In this document: positions 28,248 through 38,300 of the stretch, piece by piece | Layout of the letters: each line of letters opens with the position of its first letter | How positions within the stretch are numbered: the stretch's first letter is position 1 | IMG/VR virus record: IMGVR_UViG_3300037483_000352 | Coordinates: 1-64,000 of that record | Strand: one strand, 5' to 3' | From: a virus | Lineage: Duplodnaviria; Caudoviricetes | Length of the DNA stretch: 64,000 nucleotides | Notes under the pieces: model-generated | What the model was told of the DNA's origin: nothing | What the model saw: the letters and a program-made list of their open reading frames with translations, nothing else | The model's database searches: none | Made by a program: the position numbers and the translations under genes

Positions 28248-29476
28248 GTGAAGATCAAGACTCGCAAGCTCAGCAAGATCATGACGGAGGTCCGGTGGTT
28301 CACTCACGCGCTGGTGGCCGCTCTTCTGTTCATCCCCGTCGCCGGGCTCGTTCCGGGGGACAGCGTCAACCTGAACGTGATCGGATCGCTGGGTCTGATC
28401 GCCATACTGGTGGCCGCCGACCTGGCGATCACTGTCCCCCTGTCCCTGTGGCTGCGGAGGCTGAACCGCCCGGCGTTCGTGCCGGTCCGCAGCTACGCCA
28501 AGAGGTGACCCGCAACCGTCGCCGGACCGGGCGCAAAACCCGGTCCCGCGCAACCCTGATCATCGTGGTCGGCCTGTTCCTTCTGGCCGTGGTGATCGCT
28601 GATGAGATGGGACTGACGAACCACTCATGAGCGGAGTGAATGGAACCATGCCTGACACCCTGCACCCGGCGGATGCCGAGTACTTCCGGACCCTGGCCCG
28701 GAACGCCGATCCCCTGTACGGGATGATCAACCTCGTCCGGTTCCAGGACAGGCTGATCGTCACCATGGCCCCCACCGTGGGGCTGATCAACCCGGAGATC
28801 CTTTTCCATGACCGGGTCCGGGGTGTCCGGGTCCACGGAGACCTGATCGAACTGTGCGACCAGGTGACCTACCGGATCACCGGGTGGGACCCCGACCAGA
28901 AGTCACTGATCGTTCTACTGGAGGCTGATCACCGATGACCGATGACCGGAAGGTGATCGTCCCCACGTCGGTCGACTCACCGACACAGAAGATCCACCTG
29001 ACCGCTTCCGATCTTGCCCGGCTGAACCAGGTGCCGGACGGGATGATGCCGGGCGCCCGGCCGGTCGTGATCAACGTGGTCCAGCAAGATCCCCCGGCCG
29101 ACCGTCAGTACCGGGGTGACGATCTTCTTCGGAGGTTCGTCCCCTACTTCGTGATCACCATGATGGGTCTGGTGATCGTCGGTGGCCTCGCGGCGATCCT
29201 GGGTCTGGTGGTCCCGGTGATCATGGCGGGCATCCTGTCGATCGTCGCGTCATTCGTGTCGATCATCATGAGCCTCGTTCTGTCGATCATCGCCGGGGTC
29301 GTGATCGCGCTCGGCATCGCGTACTGCCAGACGGTCAACATCAAGAACAAGGGCCGATGAGCGCCAGGCACCGGCGACCGAACAAGATCAGGGCCGCAGT
29401 GAAGGGGATGATCCTCTTGGCTGCGGCCCTGTTTTTGATCTTGGCTCCGGCCTGGACTCTGATGTCCATGCGCTGA
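28248..29476 (+). other. five small, mostly membrane, genes (28248-28508, 28505-28630, 28627-28938, 28935-29360, 29357-29476); Spd-like spreading functions likely
   Basis: Coupled ORFs after traB; four have hydrophobic TM stretches; 28935-29360 has the Pro-rich then long hydrophobic layout of SpdD-like proteins. Confidence 0.6.
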
Positions 29477-29541
29477 GCCATGCATAATTTCCCGGCCGAA
29501 GATCAATGTCCGTTTTTCCCGTATCGTGAAAACCAATGTTC

Positions 29542-29642
29542 GTGATCACGCCCCTGGCCTGCGGAAATCCCTAACCCAAAGTGGGTGGTACGCGGGTACC
29601 AGGAAGGGGGTCCAGGCCCGCAGACGGGCGTACAGAGCTTTT
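29542..29642 (+). repeat. dispersed composite repeat, full copy
   Basis: GTGATCACG..CTGGCCTGCG-N30-GGGTACC-N20-CAGACGGGCGTACAGAGCTTTT. Confidence 0.8.
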
Positions 29643-30340
29643 AAGTACCACTGTTTGTACCGCGCTTCCCCAGCATAACTACTCACCCCCGTGCATAAGT
29701 TGTTGGAGAACGCCATTTCCGCATGGTGGAAATGCCGGCTTTCCGATCTACGAAAACGCCATTCTCCACGTGCCGGGAAACGGTCCGGCCGGTCCCCTTG
29801 CTCCCGCGCTCATGTCCCCGGGAGCGCGGGTGAGTTGACCCCTCCAGAAAACTTTCTAAAGAATCTTGACGAAACCTATTGCATCCCCCGAACGGGGGGC
29901 GCACATTGGAGACACAACAAAACAACGGGTGATCGGCCCCGAAGATCCAAAATCGGACGTCGCACAGGCCACCAGGCCTCGTGATCACCCGGAGCCCCCG
30001 GACGGCGGGGGCGGGCCTTCGCACCGGGCCCCGGAAGTTCATCAGGTGGAGACGGCCTTACCGAAGGGCCCCAAAAAATCTTCGTAGATCCAAAGGGAAC
30101 GGACCGGGTACCCCGGACGGTCGCGATCATCACCCCCGCTCACGCGGACCGGCGATCACGGCACATGGGTGATACGGAAACCCACTACCGGCGGAACGAC
30201 AGCTCAAGGATCGCTAGGAGTTGATCCGGTGGTGACCATGCGACCCGGTACCTCGTGCCGGATGGACACCCAGGGGAACAACCCGGAACGATCAAGGCGG
30301 GCATGATCTGGTGGTAGGTCCCATCGGGTGTCCGCAACAT

Positions 30341-30417
30341 GGCACGGAGGCGATAGACACCGGCACTGGAAGCCGGGACCGAGAGGCGCCTAGCGGGTTC
30401 GGATCCCGCCCCTGCCA
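30341..30417 (+). other. tRNA-like element (degenerate tRNA or pseudogene)
   Basis: Acceptor GGCACGG/CCCTGCC-A with one mismatch; T-arm GCGGG-TTCGGAT-CCCGC; stem CCGGC-ACTGGAA-GCCGG; D region only 12 nt; 16-nt variable region. Confidence 0.6.
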
Positions 30418-30970
30418 CTGATCACCGGTTGCCAGGAACGATGGGTCACGAACCCGGGAAACAAACAGGCACGGTGTGATCAACCACTAATCATCCGGTC
30501 AACCCGAGGAGCCGATCATGGCGAACCGCCAGGAGATCTTCCGGAAGGGATTCACCTACGTGATCACCCGCCGGATCGTCCAGCGGAAGACGTCGACCGT
30601 CCTCCGGGTCCGGGTCACCGCATACAAGGGCATGGCCATTCGCAGCAAGACCCCGGAGTTCAACGAGTACCGCGACTACGCCAGCATCGCCGAGGGCGAC
30701 ATGGTGTACGCCCGTCACATCGACAAGATCAACAAGTGAGGTACCCCATGTTCCAGATCACGGTCACCGACAGCACTGACCTGCTGGGTATCCGCACTGC
30801 CAGGACCGCCTCCGAGATGGAGGACGTTGTCACCGCGCTGCACAAGGAGTTCCCCGGGGCCCACGTCGACGTCAGGACGTTCGCTCAGATCCAGGCCGAG
30901 GACGACTACCTCGGTCGTCAGGAGACGCTGGCCGACGCAGCAGCCTGGTACGACATGGACCGCTGATCGA

Positions 30971-31026
30971 TGATCTCCGCTCGGGTGCGCGTCCCAACGG
31001 ACGTGCACCCCCTGAGGCTGATCACC
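30971..31026 (+). repeat. 56-bp intergenic hairpin element, copy 1
   Basis: 48/56 identical to 31750-31805; 12-bp stem GGGTGCGCGTCC/GGACGTGCACCC. Confidence 0.8.
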
Positions 31027-31749
31027 GATCAACCACCCCGTCCGGACCTACCAGGGAGCTGGCCATCATGACGAACGAGCTGACCAAGGATGAGTTCCTG
31101 AAGATCCACGGTACGCCGACTGCGGCCGTATGGGTCACCCAGAACAGTCACCCGGCCAGCCGGACGGCCTACCAGGAGATGACCATCGGGTCCGTCGTGT
31201 GGGCCAGGGTCACCGTGAACGGCCGGGAGATCGTCAAGCCCCGCCGGAACCTGGACCTCGTGCACCAGGGCTACAACAACCTGGTGAACCAGGCCATCAG
31301 CAGTTACGAGGACTGATCATGGACCCCGCGACCGAGATCAAGAACTTCGCCGCCGCGTGCTGCGCGGTCGACATGATCGACGAACTGCCCCACGCCGACG
31401 CGGACAGGGACGCGATGATCCGCGACCTGGCCTCGTACGGACCCGCGATCCAGAACCGCAACCACGACGACAAGGACTGATCATAATGTCTGACACCCGC
31501 ATCCGCTCGCGCAACGTAGCGGTCGACGACACCGCGTCCCTCCACTACGACCAGGCCACCATGACCGGGACGGTCACCATGGTGGTCCGTCACACATCCG
31601 GCCCGCGCATGGGCCGTGTGGCGAAGATCCAGCTTCGTCCGGCGAACGCGTCCCGGTCCATCATGTGGTTCGTCCCCGCGCGGGACGGTGACCACTGGAA
31701 CTCGGTGGGCGGGTACGTCACGGCCACGTTCTGAATGATCGCGTATCCA

Positions 31750-31805
31750 TGATCTCCACTCGGGTGCACGTCCTCCGGGACGTGCGCCCCCTGGGGCTGA
31801 TCACC
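31750..31805 (+). repeat. 56-bp intergenic hairpin element, copy 2
   Basis: Stem GGGTGCACGTCC/GGACGTGCGCCC with a different loop. Confidence 0.8.
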
Positions 31806-32352
31806 AGACACCCCGCTCCGACCACCAAGGAGTGACCATGACCGACACCAAGATCCCCACCCCGCTGCGCCCCGGAGACAACTGGGTGCCCAAGGTGTAC
31901 GCGAACGGCACCTACACCACGGCCGACGGCACTGAGGGTGTCGAGGTAGCCGAGCACACCGAAGAGGCCGTGTGGTTCCGCTACCACAACAGCGACTACA
32001 CGTTCCCGGTGACACCGTCCGAATGGCCGCACCTGGCCGACGCGATCAGCTTCCCGGTGGCCACGTGGGGCCTGCGCTACTCCCGTATCTACGACTGACA
32101 CACCACCCGGCCGGGGGTCCATCCGGCTGGTCCCCGACGCTTTCACCGGCGCCGGGGGCGCGGCGGTCATCACACTGGCGAGGGCCCCCCGGGGGCATGA
32201 GGGCCTGTGATCATCGCGTACAACCCACCGGCCGGACATGCGACCGTGATCACTGACTCGCTCCCGCACCTGGGCATGCGACCCGATCACACCGACTCGC
32301 TTCCGGCCGGTGGCCCCCGTCATGCATCACCCGTTCAATCGTAGGAGCGACC

Positions 32353-33558
32353 ATGCAACTCACCATCCGCAAGGGATCCCTTCAGGACCTGGCTGAGGAG
32401 CTTCAGGAGCAGCAGGACCGGAAGGTCGACCTGGTGGTCCCGGCGTCCAAGCTGTGGTCCCGTAACGGCAACGTCCTCGTTGCCGGGCACGGTGCACCGA
32501 AGATCACCAGCGATGGTGTCACCGCGTCGAACCTCGAACTGGCTCCGTCCCGTGTGTTCGACAACGGCATGGTGTCCAAGCTGTCCGAGGTCGGCCGCCC
32601 GCTCGGTCAGCGGTTCATCACCGGCCTGCGCGAGACCGGCCGGACGGACATCATCGACTCGGTGTACAACGGCCTGCTTCACGGGAACCGTGAGCTGGGT
32701 GCCCCCGGCGACCCCCGGTCGTTCTTCGTCCGGACGTTCTCCGGGCGGGAGCCGGTCGGTGCCGACGACCCCGGGACCCTGGGCTACGCCCGCGCGGTCC
32801 TGTCCGACAAGTACCGGCCGATCGACAACCTTGACGTTCTGATGACCGTGATCAAGGGTCTCCAGTCCGCCGGGTTCTCCGCGCACACCGTCCGTCAGGC
32901 CGACCTGACCGACGACAAGATGTACCTGCGTATCTCGGTCCCCGAGATCACCGCGCTGGCGCCCGGTCTGCTGCACGGCTACACCTCGCCCTACGGCGGG
33001 GCGCGCGGTGCGGACAACCCGGTCGTTGAGGCGGGCATCGTGATCTCCAACTCGGAGACCGGGGGCGCGGCCTTCACGATCACTCCCGAGCTGGTCATCC
33101 GGATCTGCACGAACGGGATGACGATCAAGAAGGACATGATCCGGAAGACGCACCTCGGATCGAAGATGGAGGAGGGTGTGCGCGTCAGTCAGCGCACGCT
33201 GGACGCCAACCGCGAGCTGGTGGCGTCGCAGACCCGGGACGCCATCGAAACGTTCCTGGACGTGGACTACATGAACCGCGTCCTCCGACAGATCGAGTCG
33301 GGGTCGGACGAGAAGATCGACGACGTGGAAAAGGCCATCGAGGTGGTCACGTCCCGCGCCGCGTTCAGCAAGTCCGACACGAAGGGTCTGCTCGCAGCGT
33401 TCATGGACGGGGGCGACCGCACGCGCGGCGGACTGGTCAACGCCGTCACGGCGTACAGCCAGTCGCTGGATGACGCGGACCGCGCGTACGAGATGGACGC
33501 GGACGCCCTTCCGGCGGCCGGGTTCGCCAACGTGTCCGGCCTGGTGGCCGCACGCTGA
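32353..33558 (+). CDS. DUF932-family phage/plasmid protein
   Basis: ARAVLSDKYRPIDN...KMYLR...AGIVISNSETGGAAFTITPELVIRICTNGM...HLG. Confidence 0.75.
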   Translation: MQLTIRKGSLQDLAEELQEQQDRKVDLVVPASKLWSRNGNVLVAGHGAPKITSDGVTASNLELAPSRVFDNGMVSKLSEVGRPLGQRFITGLRETGRTDIIDSVYNGLLHGNRELGAPGDPRSFFVRTFSGREPVGADDPGTLGYARAVLSDKYRPIDNLDVLMTVIKGLQSAGFSAHTVRQADLTDDKMYLRISVPEITALAPGLLHGYTSPYGGARGADNPVVEAGIVISNSETGGAAFTITPELVIRICTNGMTIKKDMIRKTHLGSKMEEGVRVSQRTLDANRELVASQTRDAIETFLDVDYMNRVLRQIESGSDEKIDDVEKAIEVVTSRAAFSKSDTKGLLAAFMDGGDRTRGGLVNAVTAYSQSLDDADRAYEMDADALPAAGFANVSGLVAAR

Positions 33559-33643
33559 TGGTGTGAGCCATTGATCATGGTGACCGGGGGTCCTTCGGGT
33601 TCCCCGGCTGCCATGGCCAATCGATCACACAGGAGGAGAGATC

Positions 33644-34721
33644 ATGCCCAACCCGATCCCTCGGTACAGCGTCGGGACCGAACGGCCCAAGGGCTATCCG
33701 GTACTGAAGACCACCGAGCGACAAACCACGGTCCGGGTGTACCGGACCCGGCATGCGGCGCAGGCCGTTGCCGACACCCTGAACCAATGGGCCGGACAGG
33801 AGCGCTGATCATGGCCGCGAAGATCACCGACCCCGCCGACTTCGAGACCACCTCGTTCGGCTACTTCGAAATGCTGGCCTGGGCCACCTCGGACACCGGA
33901 GGTGGCCTGCCGGACGTGTCCGCGCGGCCGTTCGCCGCATGGCTCGACGGCGTGTGGAATCAGTTCGACGACGGGTCCGGCACCCAGACCAACGAAGACG
34001 TCCTGAAGGGTGCCCTGTCGGACTGGACGGGGGGCCGGTCATGACCGGCGTCGATACAGAGATCTACTTCACCCGTTCCGCGTACTGGGGGTCCGACGTC
34101 TGGTTCGCCCACGTGTCCGGGCGGGATCTCGGCAGGGTGGCGCGGTGCTCCCGGTTCGGTGCGTGCTGCACCGGGTGGCACGGATGGCCCGACCAGTACC
34201 CCGCGTCCGGAAACGACCCGGACGCCAACAAACCCACGGTGCGCGGAGCCCGGACCCGGCGGCATGCCGCCGAACTCCTGCGTGACCGTGCCGACCACCC
34301 CGAGGAGTTCCGGGATGTCTGAGCCCTACGGATGGACCTACACCGAGGACGGCATCAATCGTCAGGTGAAGATCCACACCACCCGCGACGGATGCACGGT
34401 CGTATGGGCCCCTCGGTTCGTCGGGGACCCGTACCCGTGGTTCGACGCCGACCGCGCCGAGACCGACCCGTCCGCGTACTACGGGGACGTCGACCTGATC
34501 ACGCTCGGGGTGCCGGTCACATCGTGGTCGGGGTTCGACTCATGACCTTCGACGTCAACGACCTGAGTCAGTTGCCGGACCCTGAATGGTTCGAAGACCC
34601 CCCGGCATGGTTCCTGTACTTCGTCCACCGTCTGTCGGCCGACACCAGTGCAGGTGGGGTCCGGGACGCACTGGAGAAGATCAGTCCCTCGGGCTCCGTT
34701 CCGGAATGGTTCGACGCCTGA
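33644..34721 (+). other. five small hypothetical genes (33644-33808, 33811-34044, 34041-34322, 34315-34545, 34542-34721)
   Basis: Coupled ORFs with RBSs. Confidence 0.55.
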
Positions 34722-34863
34722 CCCACCATCGGGGCCGTACGCGAGGCCCATGCCATGTCCGTCCAGGCCCCTGGCTGCCGCTGTGGCGGCCGGGGGCCGC
34801 TAGGTGGGGAGGTTGTTCCACCGTGGTCCTGTTCGGCCCTTACGGGCCCGTACAGGGCCCCAA

Positions 34864-34935
34864 GGGCCCGTAGCTCAGCGGTAGAGCCCCTGCGTAGCAA
34901 GCAGGCGCGCGCTGGTTCGAATCCAGTCGGGTCCA
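34864..34935 (+). tRNA. tRNA-Ala, anticodon AGC
   Basis: Full cloverleaf: GGGCCCG/CGGGTCC-A (G3:U70, A73), D-stem GCTC/GAGC, anticodon arm CCTGC-GTAGCAA-GCAGG, T-arm GCTGG-TTCGAAT-CCAGT; CCA not encoded. Confidence 0.88.
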
Positions 34936-34953
34936 CGCATCGAGGAGGTGCCC

Positions 34954-35228
34954 ATGGCAGATCGCCACGACCAGAACACCGAGGACAGCTACCCCCGCGA
35001 GGTGGACTTCACCCCGGCGCCGGAGCTGTTCGACCCGGCCGCGCTCCAGGCGGAGATCGAAGCCTCCGTCAACCCGGAGGGCAACCGTTGATCGACTTTT
35101 TCCTGTCCGGCAACCGGGCCCGCCTGGCCTTGATCGTCCTGGCGTTGATCGGCGTCTTCGTACTCGCCAAGTGCGGTGAAGGCGGGATGTACCAGGGCGG
35201 GGGCGAGGACACACCTGGCTGGAGGTAG
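34954..35228 (+). other. two small genes between the tRNAs (34954-35091 acidic; 35088-35228 single-TM)
   Basis: GGAGG RBS before 34954; TTGA coupling. Confidence 0.5.
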
Positions 35229-35263
35229 GCATGACGGCCGCCGGGAGCCGTAATCCCGCGCAC

Positions 35264-35335
35264 GCCCCCATGGTCCATGGGAAAGATGTCCGGCCCCTCA
35301 AGCCGGAGACGCGGGTTCGAATCCCGCTGGGGGTA
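35264..35335 (+). tRNA. tRNA-Glu, anticodon CTC (C at position 33)
   Basis: GCCCCCA/TGGGGGT-A acceptor (G1:U72, as in actinobacterial tRNA-Glu), anticodon arm CCGGC-CCCTCAA-GCCGG, T-arm GCGGG-TTCGAAT-CCCGC; weak D-stem. Confidence 0.8.
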
Positions 35336-35387
35336 CGCACGACGGGCCACAAGGCCAGTTGATCTCAACCGGAAGGGGACGCCGTCC

Positions 35388-38300
35388 ATGGGAGACGACG
35401 CAGCGCAGTACCGGGCCGAATGGTCCACCCGGGCGGACCGCGCGCCGTCTGATGTCTACGTACCGGCGGCCCTGCGCGAGGCCGCCGACGTGGCCCCCAG
35501 GGCCTGCCCGGAGGGCGGTACGGCAGCAGCCATCGACAATACCGCCGACACGGTCCAGCCGGGCGATACGGCCACCGTGGTCTACCGGCGCCAGGGCCAG
35601 GAGTACGTCATCCGGCTGACCGACACCCACCGGTCCCCGGGCCGGGTGTCCGGCCGGATAACCGGTATCGAGGAGGTACCGCAGGGATGAGCACACGCCG
35701 ACGCACCACCACCCGGCGCCGGACCGTCCGCCAGGATCACCGGCGCGGCCACGGACACCGGAGCCGTAACGGGTCTGGGTGGATCACAACACTCGTCATC
35801 ATCGCAATGATCGTCATCGCCGCTGGCAATGACATGATCCAGATCACAGGGAAGTGACCACATGACAGACAAGATCACGTGGGAGCGCAGTACGGGAGTC
35901 GGCCGGTCCGGGTGGACCGGAACCGTCGGCGGCCGTCGGCTGTTCACGATCGAGGTTTCCGTCACGCGCGGGGTCGGCTGGCAGCTCCGTTCGACGCTGC
36001 CGTACGGCCTTGTACCGGAGAAGGCGACAGGTCAGGACGAGGCCGTCATCAAGGAGTACGCGGAACGCGTGCTGACCAGGTTCGTCCGTTCGCTCGGGGC
36101 CGCATGGCCCGATGGGAAGTGATCACATGTCCGACAAGATCAGTACCTGGTACGTGGTGTCCGACGCATCCGACCGCATCGAACCGGTGGACGAGGACAC
36201 ACCCACCCACTACCAGACCCCCCAGGAGGCCGGAGACGGCATCGTGAACGGCTTCCACGGGGAGACGGGCACACGGTACGTCCTGGAGGTGGAGGTCGCT
36301 CCTGTGGCCATCTACGACCGCACATGGACCCTCGCCCGTAGCCAGCCGGACCCCGGCCCCCCGGTCGACCCGTTCTTCGACTCCCGGCAGTTCAACTCCG
36401 GGCCGGAGGTCAGCTGACCATGGCAACGATCATCACCCTGCCGGACCGCGACGAGATGGCCAACCGCCTCGTCGCGGTCGACGGCAGCGGGGACCTGGTC
36501 CGCCACTTCTACCCGCGTCTGCTGAGCAAGACCGGGAAGTCGAGCGGTCCCGCCGGGTTCGTGGTGCTCATGAACGAAGCCCTGGGGAACTACGCCACCG
36601 GGTCGCCCAAGGAGGGACGACCCGGCCGGGTCGTGAGTCTGATCACGCGCGTCGGGGAGTTCACCCGCGCGCTGATCGACGACGAGGACGCCCGGACCGA
36701 GATCTTCGACGTGTTCGAGTCGGCCGGGGTCCCGGTCCGGCGGGAGGTCTGATCATGAGCGCTCTCACGCACAACGAGTCGAGCGAGGCGCTCGCCCGGG
36801 GCCCCTACGCGAAGCGCTACCGGCCGTGGCCCCCGGAAGGGTACGCCCCACCGACCGGCGAGGAGTTCCGGCAGCTTGCGGAGAAGATCCGCAGGCACGG
36901 TACCTACACGCTCACGCGCATGGGTCGGGACAAGATCCAGGACGAGGTGATCATCCGGCACATGCAGCTGATCGAGATCTTCCCCGACCAACGCGGGGCC
37001 AAGATCTACGACTACACCCGGTGGCTCCGGGAAGAGATGAACCGCCGGAAGATCACACACAAGTCGATCAAGCTGCCCCGCTGCGGTCTCTGCTCGCACG
37101 CGAGCGAGCGTCTGTGGGAGGTCACCCCGGAAACGCACAACATCATCGAGCACGACAAGCCGTGGTCGGGATTCGTCTGCTCCCGCTGCTGGTCGGAGTA
37201 TCTGATCACTGAAGACTGATCAAGGAGACAGCAGAATGAAGATCGAAGACATCTTCCCCCTGGGAAACGTCTGGGCCGGTGCGTTCGAAAAGATGGAGTG
37301 GGCCGACGACGAGATCGACAAGGCCCGTGCCCGGCACGGCGAGACGGACCGGGGGCCGCTGTGGCACAGCTTCCTGACCGTCTGTCAGAACGAGCCGTAC
37401 ATGGCCGACGAGATCATCTACCGGGCCCACGCGCGGGAAATCCTCGAACGGGTGGCCGCCGGTCACGACGTCCGGCCGGGCACCGACGCCGAGATGATCG
37501 CGGCCCTGAGGGATTCCAGCAAGACGGCTCCGCTGTCGTCGTCGGCTGTGTGCCTGTATTTCCGCATCGCGGCCCGGTCGTTCCCGGACCTGTGGGCCAA
37601 GGCCGGAGATCATTCCGACCTGACCGCGTACGAGTCCGTGCACGGGTCGGCCGCCGATGATCACGAATCGTGGCTCCGGGCCAAGATGACCCGGAACCGA
37701 GAGGTCTGATCGCGAATGGTCAGCTACCTGCGCTGCTGCGCCGGGTGCGGCGGGTCGTTCGCCGTCGCGTACACCACTAACGAAGCGTGGTTCTGCCCGA
37801 AGTGCACGGCCGCGCTTCCCGAGTTCAATCCCCAGCCCTACGGCCGGGGGCGCCCGGACGATCAGAGCGTCCGCTACGGGCCCTACCTCGTTCAATATGT
37901 CGTCCTTGATCGCAAGGGCGACATGGTGACGATCAGGCCCATGGGCAACCCGGACGCGATGTCGTTCGAGGTCCACGTCAACAACCTGCGACCGATGTGG
38001 GTCACCTACGGCCGCTGAGAAGGGAGAGGTCATGAGCGCTGCCCGGCGCTGGACGCTGTGGGGGTGGACGGCCCGGTTCCGGCTGGATCCGGAGATCCCG
38101 ATCCGGATCACGACAGGCAGCCTCCGGGACTGCAACACACGGGAACGCCAGTTCCGTCAGGACTACCCGGACGCACTGACCGGGGTCTACGAGTTCGGAG
38201 ACAAGCCGGTAGGCCTGTCGATCCAGGTACAGCAGCGCATCGCGGAGACGTGACCATGACGACGCGCGAGGTGAGCATCCTGGCGACCGAGGCATGCCGG

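Larger units (their letters stand above)
30518..32098 (+). other. six small hypothetical genes (30518-30739, 30736-30966, 31068-31316, 31319-31480, 31486-31734, 31838-32098)
   Basis: GGAG RBSs, strong GC3 bias, separated by structured spacers. Confidence 0.6.

Noticed and set aside
30341-30417. tmRNA or selenocysteine tRNA
   Set aside because: No G3:U70, no tag reading frame between the halves, and no TCA anticodon or extended acceptor stem.
30971-31026. Hammerhead or other self-cleaving ribozyme
   Set aside because: The CTGANGA and GAAA core is absent; only a hairpin is supported.
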